From NCBI GenBank assembly GCA_038087875.1, contig JAXLNO010000202.1, positions 186,001-250,000 on the forward strand: 64,000 bases of DNA. Reading direction: 5' to 3'. The DNA is from Malacoraja senta. Its lineage: Eukaryota. A program made the translations under genes and the position numbers. The first letter of the stretch is position 1, and each line of letters opens with the position of its first letter. The notes under the pieces are model-generated. The model had not been told where the DNA came from. It searched no databases and saw nothing but the letters and a program-made list of their open reading frames with translations. Positions 1 through 12,119 of this stretch are shown piece by piece.

Positions 1-180
1 CATGTTCTCCACAGATGCTGCCTGACCCGCTGAGTTACTCCAGCACTCTGTGAAACGTCACCTATCCATGTTCTCCACAGATGCTGCCTGACCCGCTGAG
101 TTACTCCAGCACTCTGTGAAACGTCACCTATCCATGTTCTCCACAGATGCTGCCTGACCCGCTGAGTTACTCCAGCATCT
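1..180 (+). repeat. 66-bp tandem repeat (Penelope-terminus-derived)
   Basis: Unit CATGTTCTCCACAGATGCTGCCTGACCCGCTGAGTTACTCCAGCACTCTGTGAAACGTCACCTATC. Also at ~10325-10490, 26950-27125(-), 42285-42465 and 54933-55170(-). Confidence 0.9.
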
Positions 181-1277
181 TGTGTCTACCACCACCATTG
201 GAGTCTGACCCCCAGTGTAAGCTCATTACTTTACACCTACAATGATATTGTTTCCTATGAAAACTGATGTGAAATTTCAAACTAATTAAAGGTCGTTTTG
301 ACGTCAATCCTAATTCTTGTAATATTTAACAATAAAGTGGCGACTAAGTTATGATGTAACAAATCTGCTCACCCCTCCTGCTGTGTAAAGGCTAGTGATC
401 AGATATAAACTGTAAATTGTGTATTCCAATGATTATTCATATAATGTAGCATTTAATTAAATAGAATAAAAGAAAGTTGAATTTTTATATCAAAGCTGTT
501 ATCTGTGCATTATTGATAATGTTGTCATACAAAGTGGAAACAGGCCCTTCGGCCCAAATCGTGCGTGCCAACCAACATGCCCCATCTACAAGTGTCATTT
601 AAATGTTATTATAATACCTGCCTTGAGTACCTCCTGTGGCAACTCGTTCCATACACCCACCACCCTCTATGTGAAAATGTTGCCCTTCTGGTTCCTATTA
701 AATCTTTTGTCTCTCAGAGGAACATAGGAAAATAGGAAAATCAGTACCCCTTTCCTGCTTTTTCCCCATATCCCTTGATTCCTTTAGTCCTAAAAGTTAA
801 ATCTAACACTCTCTTGAACACATCCAGTGAATAGGCCTCCACTGCCTTCTGTGGCAGAGAATTCCATAGATTCACAACTCTCTGGGTGAAGAAGTTTTTC
901 CTCATCTCAGTCCTAAACATGTTCCCGATGTTGGGGGAGTCCAGAACCAGGCGCCACCAGCTGCTCCAGGAGCTGCGAGTATATCACTGCCCCACCCACA
1001 GCATCACCAGCACCGCAGCCCGCCAGCCTCAACTACCTCCTCACAGCTTGTTCCATACAACCACCACCCTCTGTGTGAAAAAGTTACTCCTCGGATTCCT
1101 ATTAAATCTTTTCCCCTTCACCTTGAACCTATGTCCTCTGGTCCTCGATTCCCCTACTCTGGGCAAGAGACTCTGTGCATCTACCCGATCTATTCCTCTG
1201 GTGATTTTATACACCTCTATAAGATCAGAGTCAATGAAGAAGCAGGCAAAGTCTCCCCAAAGCAACAAGTACACACA

Positions 1278-1293
1278 TTTATTTTTCTTTATT
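1278..1293 (-). terminator. Tandem polyadenylation signals (2x AATAAA)
   Basis: Plus-strand tttatt at 1278-1283 and 1288-1293. Followed on the minus strand by GU-rich GTGTGTACTTGTTGCT. Confidence 0.6.
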
Positions 1294-2781
1294 AAATTGC
1301 AAGCATTTTCTTCCTACAGTCAAAAGAAAAGAAGCCACTGTCAAGCTGTTGGCACATTCATGTACAAAAACAGATTAATTATACCGCCTGCTACCAAGCA
1401 TTCCTTGTGAAAATACAAAGTCTAGGACCAGAAGCCAATATAGTATTATTACTGAATACAAGACATCATATCCCAATCAAAGACGTTGATTAAATCGACA
1501 CAACCCATCGATATTGCACAAAAGTAATCAAACACTACACTAAAGTGTACTTGGAGAGCGACAGCAGAACACAGCTGTGTAGTTGGTCACCAAGGTAAGA
1601 CAGCCCAATGCTCAAAGAAATACCATCAACTCTTAAAAACTACCCCCATACCTAGAGTATAATCATGCAGTCATTAACAGCTACGTCAAAGTTCTTATCT
1701 AACACATAAAACGCTTCAAAATCACCAAATGTTGCATGACAGTTACAGTATAAAGCAGGTCTCAATTCCCTTAACTTCATTAGAAACGCACTCACATCAG
1801 GAAATAGGGCACCAATAGTCCACAATAAGTCCACAAACTGGACCAAAAGAAAAACAGATGGGGATTAAACATCCAAAGAACATCACTGGAGATTTTGTTC
1901 AGGCGATGGGGTTGAGGGAGACACCTTACTGCAAACAGACAGTGGCATCAAGAGGCAATACAGAATAAAAGTCAACACAACTGCTGTGGTTCCATATCAG
2001 AGAAACACTCTCACACTACAAGTTTCACAGACTGTAGCTTCTCATTTCTCCCTCGTCTAAATATTTAACACCAACGTTTGCCATTAGTGGCTTGAATATG
2101 TTCACGACAACAGACTTTGTGCTGTTTCCCCAAGTGTGTCTGGGGGAGAAGTCCAACGCTAGTTGCTTGCATTGAAAGTGGCGACATGTTAGTGACGGCA
2201 ACTAGAGTCAAACTTCTCCACTGACAGAAACTCCTTTCACCAGCTTGGCTGTTTATCTGAAGCTGATATTTGTTATGGGAACGGAGATGCAAGGTAAAAG
2301 ACCCAGCGATAGATACATCCCGCCCGCAAACTCACCACTGTGTGCCAAGTGTTAGAGGGAAGTTGCCACAAAGGACCACGGTTAGTAAAAGGTAAAAGGT
2401 TCTATACAAATGGAATGTGCAGTGTGTGCCGCAGCGGTCAACTGCTATCAAACGAGTCGCTCCGACATCTGCTCAACACTCCAGGTTCAAGGAGCATCTT
2501 TCAAACTCCAAGGGTCACTTTCAAGGGGTCAGGGGGGAGAGTGCAGCTTAAAATATCCCCACAACCCGACAGAATCAGAATGGGAACACGCCATTGAGAT
2601 AGGTCTCATTCTAAAAGGATGGATTGGTCGTCATGCCAAGGTCATGTATGTATTTGAACACGGGCCCCTGCATTGAGGTCTTTACTTGGTTTGATGTTCA
2701 CCCATTGCCACGTTCCCAGTTCATTAAACCAATCACTTGAAATACTCCTTGCCCAACACAGAGAACAGGCAGGCGAATGGT

Positions 2782-3180
2782 TCAGGTGTGGACGTCCCCC
2801 TGAACAAACAGGTGTGAACATCTGTCCCCCTGAACAAGCAGGTGTGGACACGTCCCTGAACAAGTAGGTGTGGACACATCCCTGAACAAGCAGGTGTGAA
2901 CATCTGTCCCCCTGAACAAGCAGGTGTGGACACGTCCCTGAACAAGTAGGTGTGGACACATCCCTGAACAAGCAGGTGTGAACATCTGTCCCCCTGAACA
3001 AGCAGGTGTGGACACGTCCCTGAACAAGTAGGTGTGGACACATCCCTGAACAAGCAGGTGTGAACATCTGTCCCCCTGAACAAGCAGGTGTGGACACATC
3101 CCTGAACAAGCAGGTGTGAACATCTGTCCCCCTGAACAAGCAGGTGTGAACACATCCCTGGTGTGAACAAGCAGGTGAAT
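2782..3180. repeat. Minisatellite with 26/26/30-bp subunits (82-bp higher-order unit)
   Basis: Repeated CCTGAACAAG(C/T)AGGTGTG core. Confidence 0.9.
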
Positions 3181-4513
3181 GTTTGTGGTGTGGACACTCC
3201 ACTGAGACCCAGGTACTGACTTTCTTCACTCAGGAGCCGTGAGTGACGCAACGACCCAGAGGGAGGAAGTGAAAGAGGATGAGGAATAGAGAGCTGTCTG
3301 CTCCAACACCCCATCACACCCTGTTCCCACCAATCTTTCTACCACCACGCACAAGAAGCACAAGAAGCCACAAGACAGACACCATTGTGTGCAGATGCCG
3401 AGATGTGTGTTCAGCTCTGGCTGAACAACTTGTAATCTTGTGTGTGGACGACGAGACGAAGATGAGGTGCCGGCTGTGAGAATCATTCCTCCCCATCCAT
3501 TCCTCCCCATTCTGCGCTGGCTGTCATGTTATCAGGAAAACAACTAAAGTCAGAATCGCAAGGATTGAAGATCAATATTGAAGTGATCAATGAGCCTATC
3601 AATAATTAGATCATATGCCTAAACATTCTGGGGTTCAGCAGTTTATCAGCACAGGTATTTCTGGCAAGTATTGAAGGGTGGTGAATCTGGGGAATTCATT
3701 GCCACAGAAGGCTGTGGAGGCCAAGTCAATAGGGATGTTTAAGGCAGAGATTGATAGATTCTTGATTACTACGGGTGTCAGGGGTTATGGGGGGGGGAAG
3801 GCAGGAGAACGGGGTTGAGAGGGAAAGATAGATCAGCCATGATTGAACGGTGGAGTAGAATCGATGGGCTGAATGGCCTAATTCTGCTCATATGACTTTA
3901 TGATATCTTGGAAAAACACTAGCGTCGGCATTGTTTTAATACAGCCACAGATACCGCGATCCAGTGAGAGTTCCACGGGGCACGTGCATCTGCTGTGAAC
4001 CATCCCCCTGGTGTCTGATGTCCTCTCACCACTAACGTCAGGCATGAAATGTTGGCCGTGACACTCCACCTTGGAGAATCGGAAAACAATTACAAATGCT
4101 GACAACTCCGTAGACAAGGCGGCTGGAGTGAGAGGTTTGCAGAAGGGAAGCAGGGGAGAGTGACCACTGGACAAACTGCCTGGCTGACCATCACTGACCG
4201 CTGCTGGCTCACTCAAGGTGCAAGGGACAGGCGGAGGTAGAGGGGGTGGGGAAGGGGCGGGGGGTGAGGGAGAGGATGGCGTGTGGAGGGGGAGGAGGAG
4301 TAAGGGGGGGATGAGGAGGGGGAGGGGGTGTGAGAGGGGGTGAGAGAGCAATGGTCAGTGGGGCTGGGACACACACAGGCAGTGGTCAGTGGGGGGTGGG
4401 TAAGGAGGGGCAGTAGTGGTCAGTGGGCCGGTAGGGGGTGGGTAAGGAGGGGCAGTGGTGGGCAGTGGGGCTGGGACACACAGTGGTCAGTGGGGTGCGG
4501 GCATGCAGGCGGT

Positions 4514-4666
4514 CTATGTGTAGGCGTTTAGTCGCTCCTTGGAGCGGGTGGAGTGGATGTCGTGAAGCTCTTGCTCCTCCTTGGACTTGATGTCCTCGTA
4601 CTTCTGCATCCGGCACGCGTCCTTCACGTACGCCCAGTTGGCCGACAGCACCATCAGGTAGTGCAC
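4514..4666 (-). CDS. gpm6a: gpm6a last coding exon (exon 7): cytoplasmic C-terminus and stop codon
   Basis: cccacAG|GTG CAC TAC...GCC TAC ACA TAG encodes VHYLMVLSANWAYVKDACRMQKYEDIKSKEEQELHDIHSTRSKERLNAYT*, the characteristic M6a C-terminus. Confidence 0.98.
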   Translation of the reverse strand: MHYLMVLSANWAYVKDACRMQKYEDIKSKEEQELHDIHSTRSKERLNAYT

Positions 4667-4689
4667 CTGTGGGAGAGAGAGCAGTGGTC

Positions 4690-4882
4690 AGCACAGTGAC
4701 CCACACTGACCCACACAGTGACCCACACACACACACACTGACACACACACACACATACACACACACTGACCCACACACACACTGACCCACACAGACCCAC
4801 ACACACACTGACCCACACACACACACTGACCCACACACACTGACCCACACACACACACTCACTGACTCACACACACACACAC
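4690..4882. repeat. (CA)n / CACTGACC mixed simple repeat just upstream of the exon 7 acceptor
   Basis: Direct reading. Confidence 0.9.
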
Positions 4883-5182
4883 TACCCCCTCTGCTACAAT
4901 GGAGTCAATTCCACAGCCTCTTTGCTGCAGTTTTTGTGGAGGGAGCATTCTCAGTTCCATCATATCAGTATTCACCCGGTGGGTTACTCATGTCTGCGAG
5001 TTATGTTAGGCAGGTGGCTTCACTTGTTCACTGAGTATTTTCAAAACAGATTGCAGAGCCACGTGGCATTAAGTTGGATGAGGTTCACTGAAGCAAGCAT
5101 CAGCTGTCACGGTGTGCGGACACACACAGCTCTCCACTCATTATTGGCACAGACAGCTAGTGGTGTGTGTCTAATGGTGCCG

Positions 5183-5427
5183 TTACCCTGGTGATCAATG
5201 CCCACAAAGGAGCCCTTACCCTGGTGATCAATGCCCACAAAGGAGCCCTTACCCTGGTGATCAATGCCCACAAAGGAGCCCTTACCCTGGTGATCAATGC
5301 CCACAAAGGAGCCCTTACCCTGGTGATCAATGCCCATAAAGGTGCCCTTACCCTGGTGATCAATGCCCACAAAGGTGCCCTTACCCTGGTGATCTGTGTT
5401 TTTAATGGTCCCATTATCCTGGTTATC
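5183..5427. repeat. 33-bp minisatellite A (~6-7 copies)
   Basis: Unit ACCCTGGTGATCAATGCCCACAAAGGAGCCCTT. Confidence 0.92.
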
Positions 5428-5440
5428 TAGTTTAGTTTAG

Positions 5441-5472
<32 letters not shown>

Positions 5473-6312
5473 TCACATGTGCCGAGGTACAGAGAAAATA
5501 TTTACTTGCGGTCTCCCAATCACGGGAAAGACAATGCATGATTACAATCGAACCGTCCACAGTGAACAGATACAGGATAAAGGGAATAACGTTTCATGCA
5601 AGATCAATCAATAAAGTCCAATTAAAGATTAAAGATAGTCCGAGGGTCACCAAGGAGGTAGATGGTAGTTCAGAAACGCTCCTTGGTTGTGGTAGAATGT
5701 CTGTAAAGTTCCAGCAGAGACTGTACTTCCTGAGGGTGCTCAGGAAGAACAACATCACCCAGAGACTGCTGCTATCCTTTTATCGGTGCTCAATAGAGAG
5801 CATCTTAACATACTGTGTATGCGTGTGGTACACCAGCTGCACAGCGGCTAAGAGGAAAGCGCTCCAGAGGGCTATTGACAACGCCCAGAAGATTATCGGC
5901 TGCCCTCTCCTCACCTTGGAGGACCTACACAGTTCCCACTGTCTCAAAAAATCCCAGAAGATCATAAAGGACATTTCCCACCCCGGTCACTCCCTGTTTG
6001 TACTGCTGCCGTCAGGCAGACGGTACAGATCAATGAGGACAAGGACAAACAGACTCAAAAACAGTTTTTATCCCACAGCAATAACTACACTTAATGTAGC
6101 CACCAAATGAGTACAGGTGTGCTACACACCAAAGGGACTGGGAAATCCACAGAAGAATGTGGGTTTTTCATGTTATTTATTTTAGTTGTTTATCTTAGAC
6201 TTTTGCTTTTAGAAAATGTGTGAATGGTGCACTGACTAGTTGGCATTTCTAATGTCGTTGTACATGTTTACATGTTATAATGACAATAAAGTATTCATCC
6301 ATTCATTCATTC
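5428..6312. mobile_element. Composite LINE insertion: reverse-oriented LINE tail plus forward Rex1/L2-like ORF2 C-terminus with (ATTC)n tail
   Basis: (AGTTT)n and the common reversed tail occupy 5428-5700. Then QQRLYFLR...YRCSIESIL...HPGHSLF.LLPSGRRYRS, AATAAA and (cattc)n. Confidence 0.75.
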
Positions 6313-6883
6313 ATACTCTGGTTATCTGTGCCTGTCAAGGTGCCCATACTCTGGTTATCTGTGCCTGTAAAGGTGCCCATACTCTGGTTATCTGTGCCTG
6401 TCAAGGTGCCCATACTCTGGTTATCTGTGCTTGTCAAGGTGCCCATACTCTGGTTATCTGTGCTTGTCAAGGTGCCCATACTCTGGTTATCTGTGCCTGT
6501 AAAGGTGCCCATACTCTGGTTATCTGTGCTTGTCAAGGTGCCCATACTCTGGTTATCTGTGCCTGTCAAGGTGCCCATACTCTGGTTATCTGTGCCTGTA
6601 AAGGTGCCCATACTCTGGTTATCTGTGCTTGTCAAGGTGCCCATACTCTGGTTATCTGTGCTTGTCAAGGTGCCCATACTCTGGTTATCTGTGCTTGTCA
6701 AGGTGCCCATACTCTGGTTATCTGTGCTTGTCAAGGTGCCCATACTCTGGTTATCTGTGCCTGTCAAGGTGCCCATACTCTGGTTATCTGTGCCTGTAAA
6801 GGTGCCCATACTCTGGTTATCTGTGCTTGTCAAGGTGCCCATACTCTGGTTATCTGTGCCTGTCAAGGTGCCCATACTCTGGT
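6312..6883. repeat. 33-bp minisatellite B (~17 copies)
   Basis: Unit ACTCTGGTTATCTGTGCCTGTCAAGGTGCCCAT. Confidence 0.95.
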
Positions 6884-7165
6884 TCGCTGGAGAGAGTGCG
6901 GGCATGACTCTGTGCAACCTTCATCTCCCCACAAGGGAAGTTCCAGCCAAGCTCTTTGTTTGTGACAACAGATGGAAGATGGTGTTGGACGTGTGAGCTG
7001 AGGAGAGGGTGGCCACACAGATTAATGGTCACAGTTCTGGGTCATGGTACCTGGCAGCACAACGTCTCAGCAGTTAATTAATTGGATGAGTTTGGGTCAG
7101 GTTCATTCTGTGACAGTAGGAGGGATGTTGGATATCTCTCATCCTTGTTATTGATTCAATAATAG

Positions 7166-7476
7166 CGGCACGGTGGTGGAGCAGCGGTAGAGTTGCTGCC
7201 TCACAGCGCCAGAGACCCGGGTTCCATCCTGACTACGGGCGCTGTCTGTACAGAGTTTGTACGTTCTCCCCTTGACCTGCGTGGGTTTTCTCCCAGATCT
7301 TTGGTTTCCTCCCACATTCCAAAGACGTACAGGTTTGTAGGTTAATTGGCTCGGTGTAAGTGTAAATCGTCCCTAGTGTGTGTAGGATAGTGTTGATGTG
7401 TGGGGATCGCTGGTCGGTGCAGACTCGGTGGGCCGAAGGGCCTGTTTCCGTGCTGTATCTCTAAACTAAACTAAAC
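7166..7476 (+). mobile_element. tRNA-derived V-SINE (HE1-like)
   Basis: Pol III A/B-box-like head (GGCACGGTGG..GCAGCGGTAG...GGTTCCATCC), V-domain-like GTTCTCCCC..GCGTGGGTTTTCTCC..GGTTTCCTCCCAC, and CR1-type tail ending (CTAAA)n. Confidence 0.85.
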
Positions 7477-7489
7477 CATAAAAATAGCA

Positions 7490-8400
7490 AAACATTGTAG
7501 TCTGGAACTTGAGCAAAACACAACATGCTGGAGTAACTCAGTGGGTCAAAACAGCATCTCAGGACAAAAAGGATGGGTGACGTTTCGGAACGGGACCCTT
7601 CTTCAGACTGAAAGTATGGGGTGGGGGCGGGGTGGAGTGGGGTGGGGTGGGTGGGGTGGGGTGGGGGTGATGGGGGGTAGGGTGGAGGTGATGGGAGGTG
7701 GGGTGGGGTGGGGGGAGTGGAGTGAGGAGGAGTGGGGTGGGGTGGGGTGGGGGTGACGGGGGGTGGGATGGGGGTGGGGGGGGGGGGCGGGGCGGGGGAG
7801 GTGGGTGAAGAGCTGGAGGTGAGAAAAGACCAGGACCAATCTGGGCCAGCCACAAATGACTTCAGGCAGGGCGGTGCCAGGTAGGTCCATTATTGTCCAG
7901 GGAAGGTGTGATCTCAAGAGAAACAATGTGCAGAACTGTGGAACTGGTAAAACGACGAGGGTGGAGGAAGGGAGCAAGAGGGGAGGGGAAGTATATTCAT
8001 ACCGCTGTGCCCAAGTGAAATATGAGGTGCTGTTCCTCCAGTCTGCATGAGGCTTCACTCTGGCAATTGAGGAGACCCAGGACAGAAGGGTCAGTGTGGG
8101 AATGGGAAGGGGAGATCCAGCAGGCCTTGGTGGACCGAGCGCAACTGTTGAGTGAAACGAGTCTACGTTTGGTGTCGCCAATGTACAGGAGCCCACATCG
8201 GGAACACCAGATGCAGTAGATGAGGTTGGAGGAGATGCACCCGACCCTCTGTCTCACCTGGAAGAACTGCTGAGGTGCCTGGACAGAGTTGAGGGGAGGT
8301 AAAGGGACAGGTGTTGCATGTCCTGCGGTTGCAGGGGAAAGTACCTGGGGAGGGGGTGGTTTGGGTGGGAAGGGACGAGTTGACCAGGGAGTTGCTTTAC
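7490..8400 (-). mobile_element. Penelope-like retroelement remnant (GIY-YIG endonuclease region plus terminal repeat with hammerhead-like motif)
   Basis: Minus-strand translation SSNLIYCIWCSRCGLLYIGDTKRRL (IY..CxxC..YIG). Terminus carries CTGAAGA-AGGGTCCCGTTCC-GAAAC-GTC at 7579-7606. Confidence 0.8.
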
Positions 8401-8904
8401 TGATCTTTCTTTCCTGGGCCTGAGGGGCAACCTCTTCACACTATGGGCCACCGGTGGGTATATTAGACAGGTAATATAACAACACTTAAACGCCACTTGG
8501 ACAGGTACATGGATTGGACAGGTTTAGAGTGATGTGGGCCAAATGCAGGCAGGCTTTTCACTGTACCTCGGTACATGTGACAATAAACTAAACAAAACTA
8601 GTGTCCCCCACCTTGATCGGTATGGACAAGTTGGGCTGAAGGGCCTGTTTTCCTGCAGTATGACTCTATGACTCTAATGGTGGAACAAGTCAGAGAAAGG
8701 GTAGACATAACCCATTTCCCAGGGTGGAAATGTCAAAGACTAGCGGGCATGGTGTTAAAGAGAGGGGCAAAGTTTAAAGGAGATGTGCGGAGCAAGTGTT
8801 TTACACAGAGGGTGGGGTGAGGGGCCTGGAACGTGCTGATGGGGGGTGGTGGTGGAGGCAGATACGATAGTGGTGTATTAGAGGCTTTTGGATAGAATAT
8901 AGAA

Positions 8905-10235
8905 ACATAGAAAAATAGGTTCAGGAATGGGCCATTCGACCCTTCCAGCCAGCACTACCATTCAATATGATCATGGCTGATCATCTAAAATCCGTACCCC
9001 GTTCCTGCCTTCTCCCCATATTCCTTGATTCCTTTAGCCCTGAGAGCAAAATCTAACTCCCTCTTGAAAACACCCAGTGATTTGGCCTCCACTGCCTTCT
9101 GTGGCAGAGAATTCCACAGATTCACAACTCTGGGTGAAAAAGGTTTTCCTCAGTCATAAATGACCTACCCCTTATTCTGAAAACTGTGACCCCTGGTTCT
9201 GGACTCCCCCAACATCAGGAACATTTTTTCTGCATCTAGCCTGTCTAATCCTTTAAGAATCTTATATGTTTCTATAAGATGCCCTCTCATCCTTCTAAAC
9301 TCCAGTAAATACAAGTCCAGTCGACCCATTCTTTCATCATATGTCAGTCCCACCATTCCAGGAATTAACCTGGTGAACCTATGCTGCACTCCCTCAATAG
9401 CAAGAATGTCCTTCCTCAAATTAGGAGACCAAAACTGCACACAATATTCCAGGTGTGGTCCCACCAGGGCCCTGTACAACTGCAGTAGGACCTACTTGCT
9501 CCTGAACTCAAATCCTCTCGCAAAGAAGGCCAACATGCCATTAGCTTTCTTCAGTACCTGCTGTACCTACATGCTTACTTTCAGTGACTGATGTACAAGG
9601 ACACCCAGGTGTTGTTGCACCTCCCTTTTCCTAATCTGACACCATTCAGATAATAATCTGCCTTCCTGTTTTTGCCACCAAAGTGGATAACCTCGCATTT
9701 ATCCACATTATACTGCATCTGCCATGCATCTGCCCGCTCACCCACCCTGCAGCTTCATACCATCCTCCTCGCAGCTCACACTGCCACAGCTTTGTAGCAT
9801 CCACAAACTTGGAGATGTCACTTTTAATTCCCTCGTAAAAATCGTTAATATATATCGTAAATAACTGGGGTCCCAGCACTGAGCCTTGCAGCACCCCACT
9901 AGTCGTTGCCTGCCATTCTGAAAAGGACCCGTTAATTCCTACTCTTTGCTTCCTGTCTGCCAACCAGTTCTCTATCCATGTCAATACCCCACCCCCAATA
10001 CCATGTGCTCTAATTTTGCCCACTAATCTCTTGTGTGGGACCTTGTCAAAGGCTTTTCGAAAGTCCAGATACACCACAGCCACTGGCTCTCCCTTATCCA
10101 TTCTACTTGTTACACCCTCAAAAAATGCCAGAGGATTAGTAAAGCGTGATTTCCCCTTCGTAAATCCATGCTGACTTTGACCGATCCCGTCACTGCTTTC
10201 CAAATGTGCTGCTATAACATCTTTAACAATCGACT
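8905..10235 (-). mobile_element. 5'-truncated, degenerate CR1 LINE (RT region to 3' tail)
   Basis: QHGF, YLDFRKAFDKVPH, GVLQGSVLGP and PHLEYC motifs with frameshifts; tail at ~8905. Confidence 0.9.
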
Positions 10236-10685
10236 CACTACCGATGTAAGGATCTCTGGAGAGAAGGAATGGGTGACTTTTCAGGTCTGAAGAACAATCT
10301 CGACCCGAAACATTACCAATTCCTGCTCTCCAGAGATGCTGCCTGACCTGCTGAGTTACTCCAGCACTCTGTGAAACGTCACCTATCCATGTTCTCCACA
10401 GATGCTGCCTGACCCGCTGAGTTACTCCAGCACTCTGTGAAACGTCACCTATCCATGTTCCCCACAGATGCTGCCTGACCCTCTGAGTCTGTGTTCTGTG
10501 CTCTGAGCACCATAAAGCATGTTGCCCGTGTGGTGCTGATGGAGCAGCATGTACTGTATTGGATCGGTCTGGGGGCCAACACCAACCCTCTCTCTGACCC
10601 CTGCCCACTACCCTCTCTCTGACCCACGACCCCCTGTGACTCAGGGCAGTGATGAACAACACCCTCTGTCTGACCCTCCATAAAC

Positions 10686-11325
10686 CAATAGACAATAGAC
10701 AATAGGTGCAGGAGTAGGCCATTCGGCCCTTCGAGCCAGCACTGCCATTCAATATGATCATGGCTGATCATCCCCAATCAGTACCCCGTTCCTGCCTTCT
10801 CCCCATATCCCCTGACTCCGCTATCTTTAAGAGCTCTATCTAACTCTCTCTTGAAAGCATCCAGAGAACTGGCCTCCACCACCCTCTGAGGCAGAGAATT
10901 CCACAGACTCACAACTCTCTGTGAGAAAAAGTGTTTCCTCGTCTCCGTTCTAAATGGCTTACCCCTTATTCTTAAACTGTGGCCCCTGGTTCTGGACTCC
11001 CCCAACATTGGGAACATGTTTCCTGCCTCTAGCGTGTCCAATAAGTCCTTAATAATCTTATATGTTTCAATGAGATCTCCTCTCATCCTTCTAAACTCCA
11101 GAGTATACAAGCCCAGCTGCTCCATTCTCTCAGCATATGACAGTCCCGCCATCCCGGGAATTAACCTGGTGAACCTACGCTGCACTCCCTCAATAGCAAG
11201 AATGTCTTTCCTCAAATTAGGGGACCAAAACTGCACACAATACTCCAGGTGTGGTCTCACTAGGGCCCTGTACAACTGCAGAAGGACCTCTTTGCTCCTA
11301 TACTCGACTCATCTTGTTATGAAGG
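10686..11325 (-). mobile_element. CR1 LINE 3' fragment
   Basis: ORF 10778-11275 is the CR1 ORF2 C-terminus; (CTATTGT)n tail. Confidence 0.9.
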
Positions 11326-11738
11326 CCTCTGAATGGGCGGGAACCTCAGCATGACCCGTCCTGCCCCTCCCTCTGTCCTGCCCCTCCCTCCCACTACCTC
11401 CCCTCACTCCCACCCTCCCACGCACCCCTCCCTCCCACTACCTCCCCTCACTCCCACCCTCCCACGCACCCCTCCCTCCCTTCCTCCCTCCCTCTCTCCG
11501 ACCATCTCTCTCCCACCTCTGCAACGGCAATGAGGCCGCTCGTACATGCAGTTCTACTATCCCTACTCGTACTTCCTTACATTGGGACAGGGCCATTCAA
11601 TAAAAAAATGCAGGACAATGTGAGTGTGACTTCCTGGGCATGGCGTGTCCAGTGCAAAGTGGTTCCGGTGGTATTTACACATCAACACAAAGATCATGCC
11701 ACACAAGGGGTTTTGCCGTGGGTCACGCGTGTACTCAC

Positions 11739-11804
11739 CATAGCAATGACGGCAGCTCCTGCCCCAGCTAGGGCCACAATGAACAAATGGAACGTCATGT
11801 TCAG
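11739..11804 (-). CDS. gpm6a: gpm6a coding exon (exon 6): TM4
   Basis: cctcctAG|CTG AAC ATG ACG TTC...ATT GCT ATG|GTGAGT encodes LNMTFHLFIVALAGAGAAVIAM; 66 bp, phase 0/0. Confidence 0.97.
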
Positions 11805-11832
11805 CTAGGAGGCAGAAGAGCAAAGACAACCG

Positions 11833-12078
11833 TCATACGTGTCCCATGTATGTAGTCAGCAGCATGAATGCCCATCATACATGTCCCATGTATGTAGTCA
11901 GGAGCATGAACGACCATCATACATAGCCCATGTATGTAGTCAAGAGCATGAACGACCATCATACATGTCCCATGTATGTAGTCAGCAGCATGAATGCCCG
12001 TCATACATGTCCCATGTATGTAGTCAGGAGCATGAACGACCATCATACATAGCCCATGTATGTAGTCAGGAGAATGAT
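11833..12078. repeat. 42-bp minisatellite, 6 copies arranged ABC-ABC
   Basis: Unit TCATACATGTCCCATGTATGTAGTCAGGAGCATGAACGACCA. Confidence 0.92.
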
Positions 12079-12119
12079 CATTCCTTGCACACATGCCCAG
12101 ACATGTTTCCATGACAGGG

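Larger units (their letters stand above)
1260..4513 (-). other. gpm6a: Probable gpm6a 3'UTR (~3.2 kb)
   Basis: Mostly unique sequence after the stop codon, running to paired AATAAA hexamers. LINE debris begins immediately beyond (<1230). The extent is inferred, not transcript-supported. Confidence 0.55.

Noticed and set aside
6240..6996. 200-240 aa repetitive ORFs (also 5107-5430, 25875-26622, 27920-28451)
   Set aside because: In-frame translations of 33-bp, GA-rich and 45-bp tandem repeats.
7166..7240. Possible tRNA genes at SINE heads
   Set aside because: The tRNA-like A/B boxes continue directly into V-domain and LINE-type tails, so these are SINEs rather than tRNA genes.
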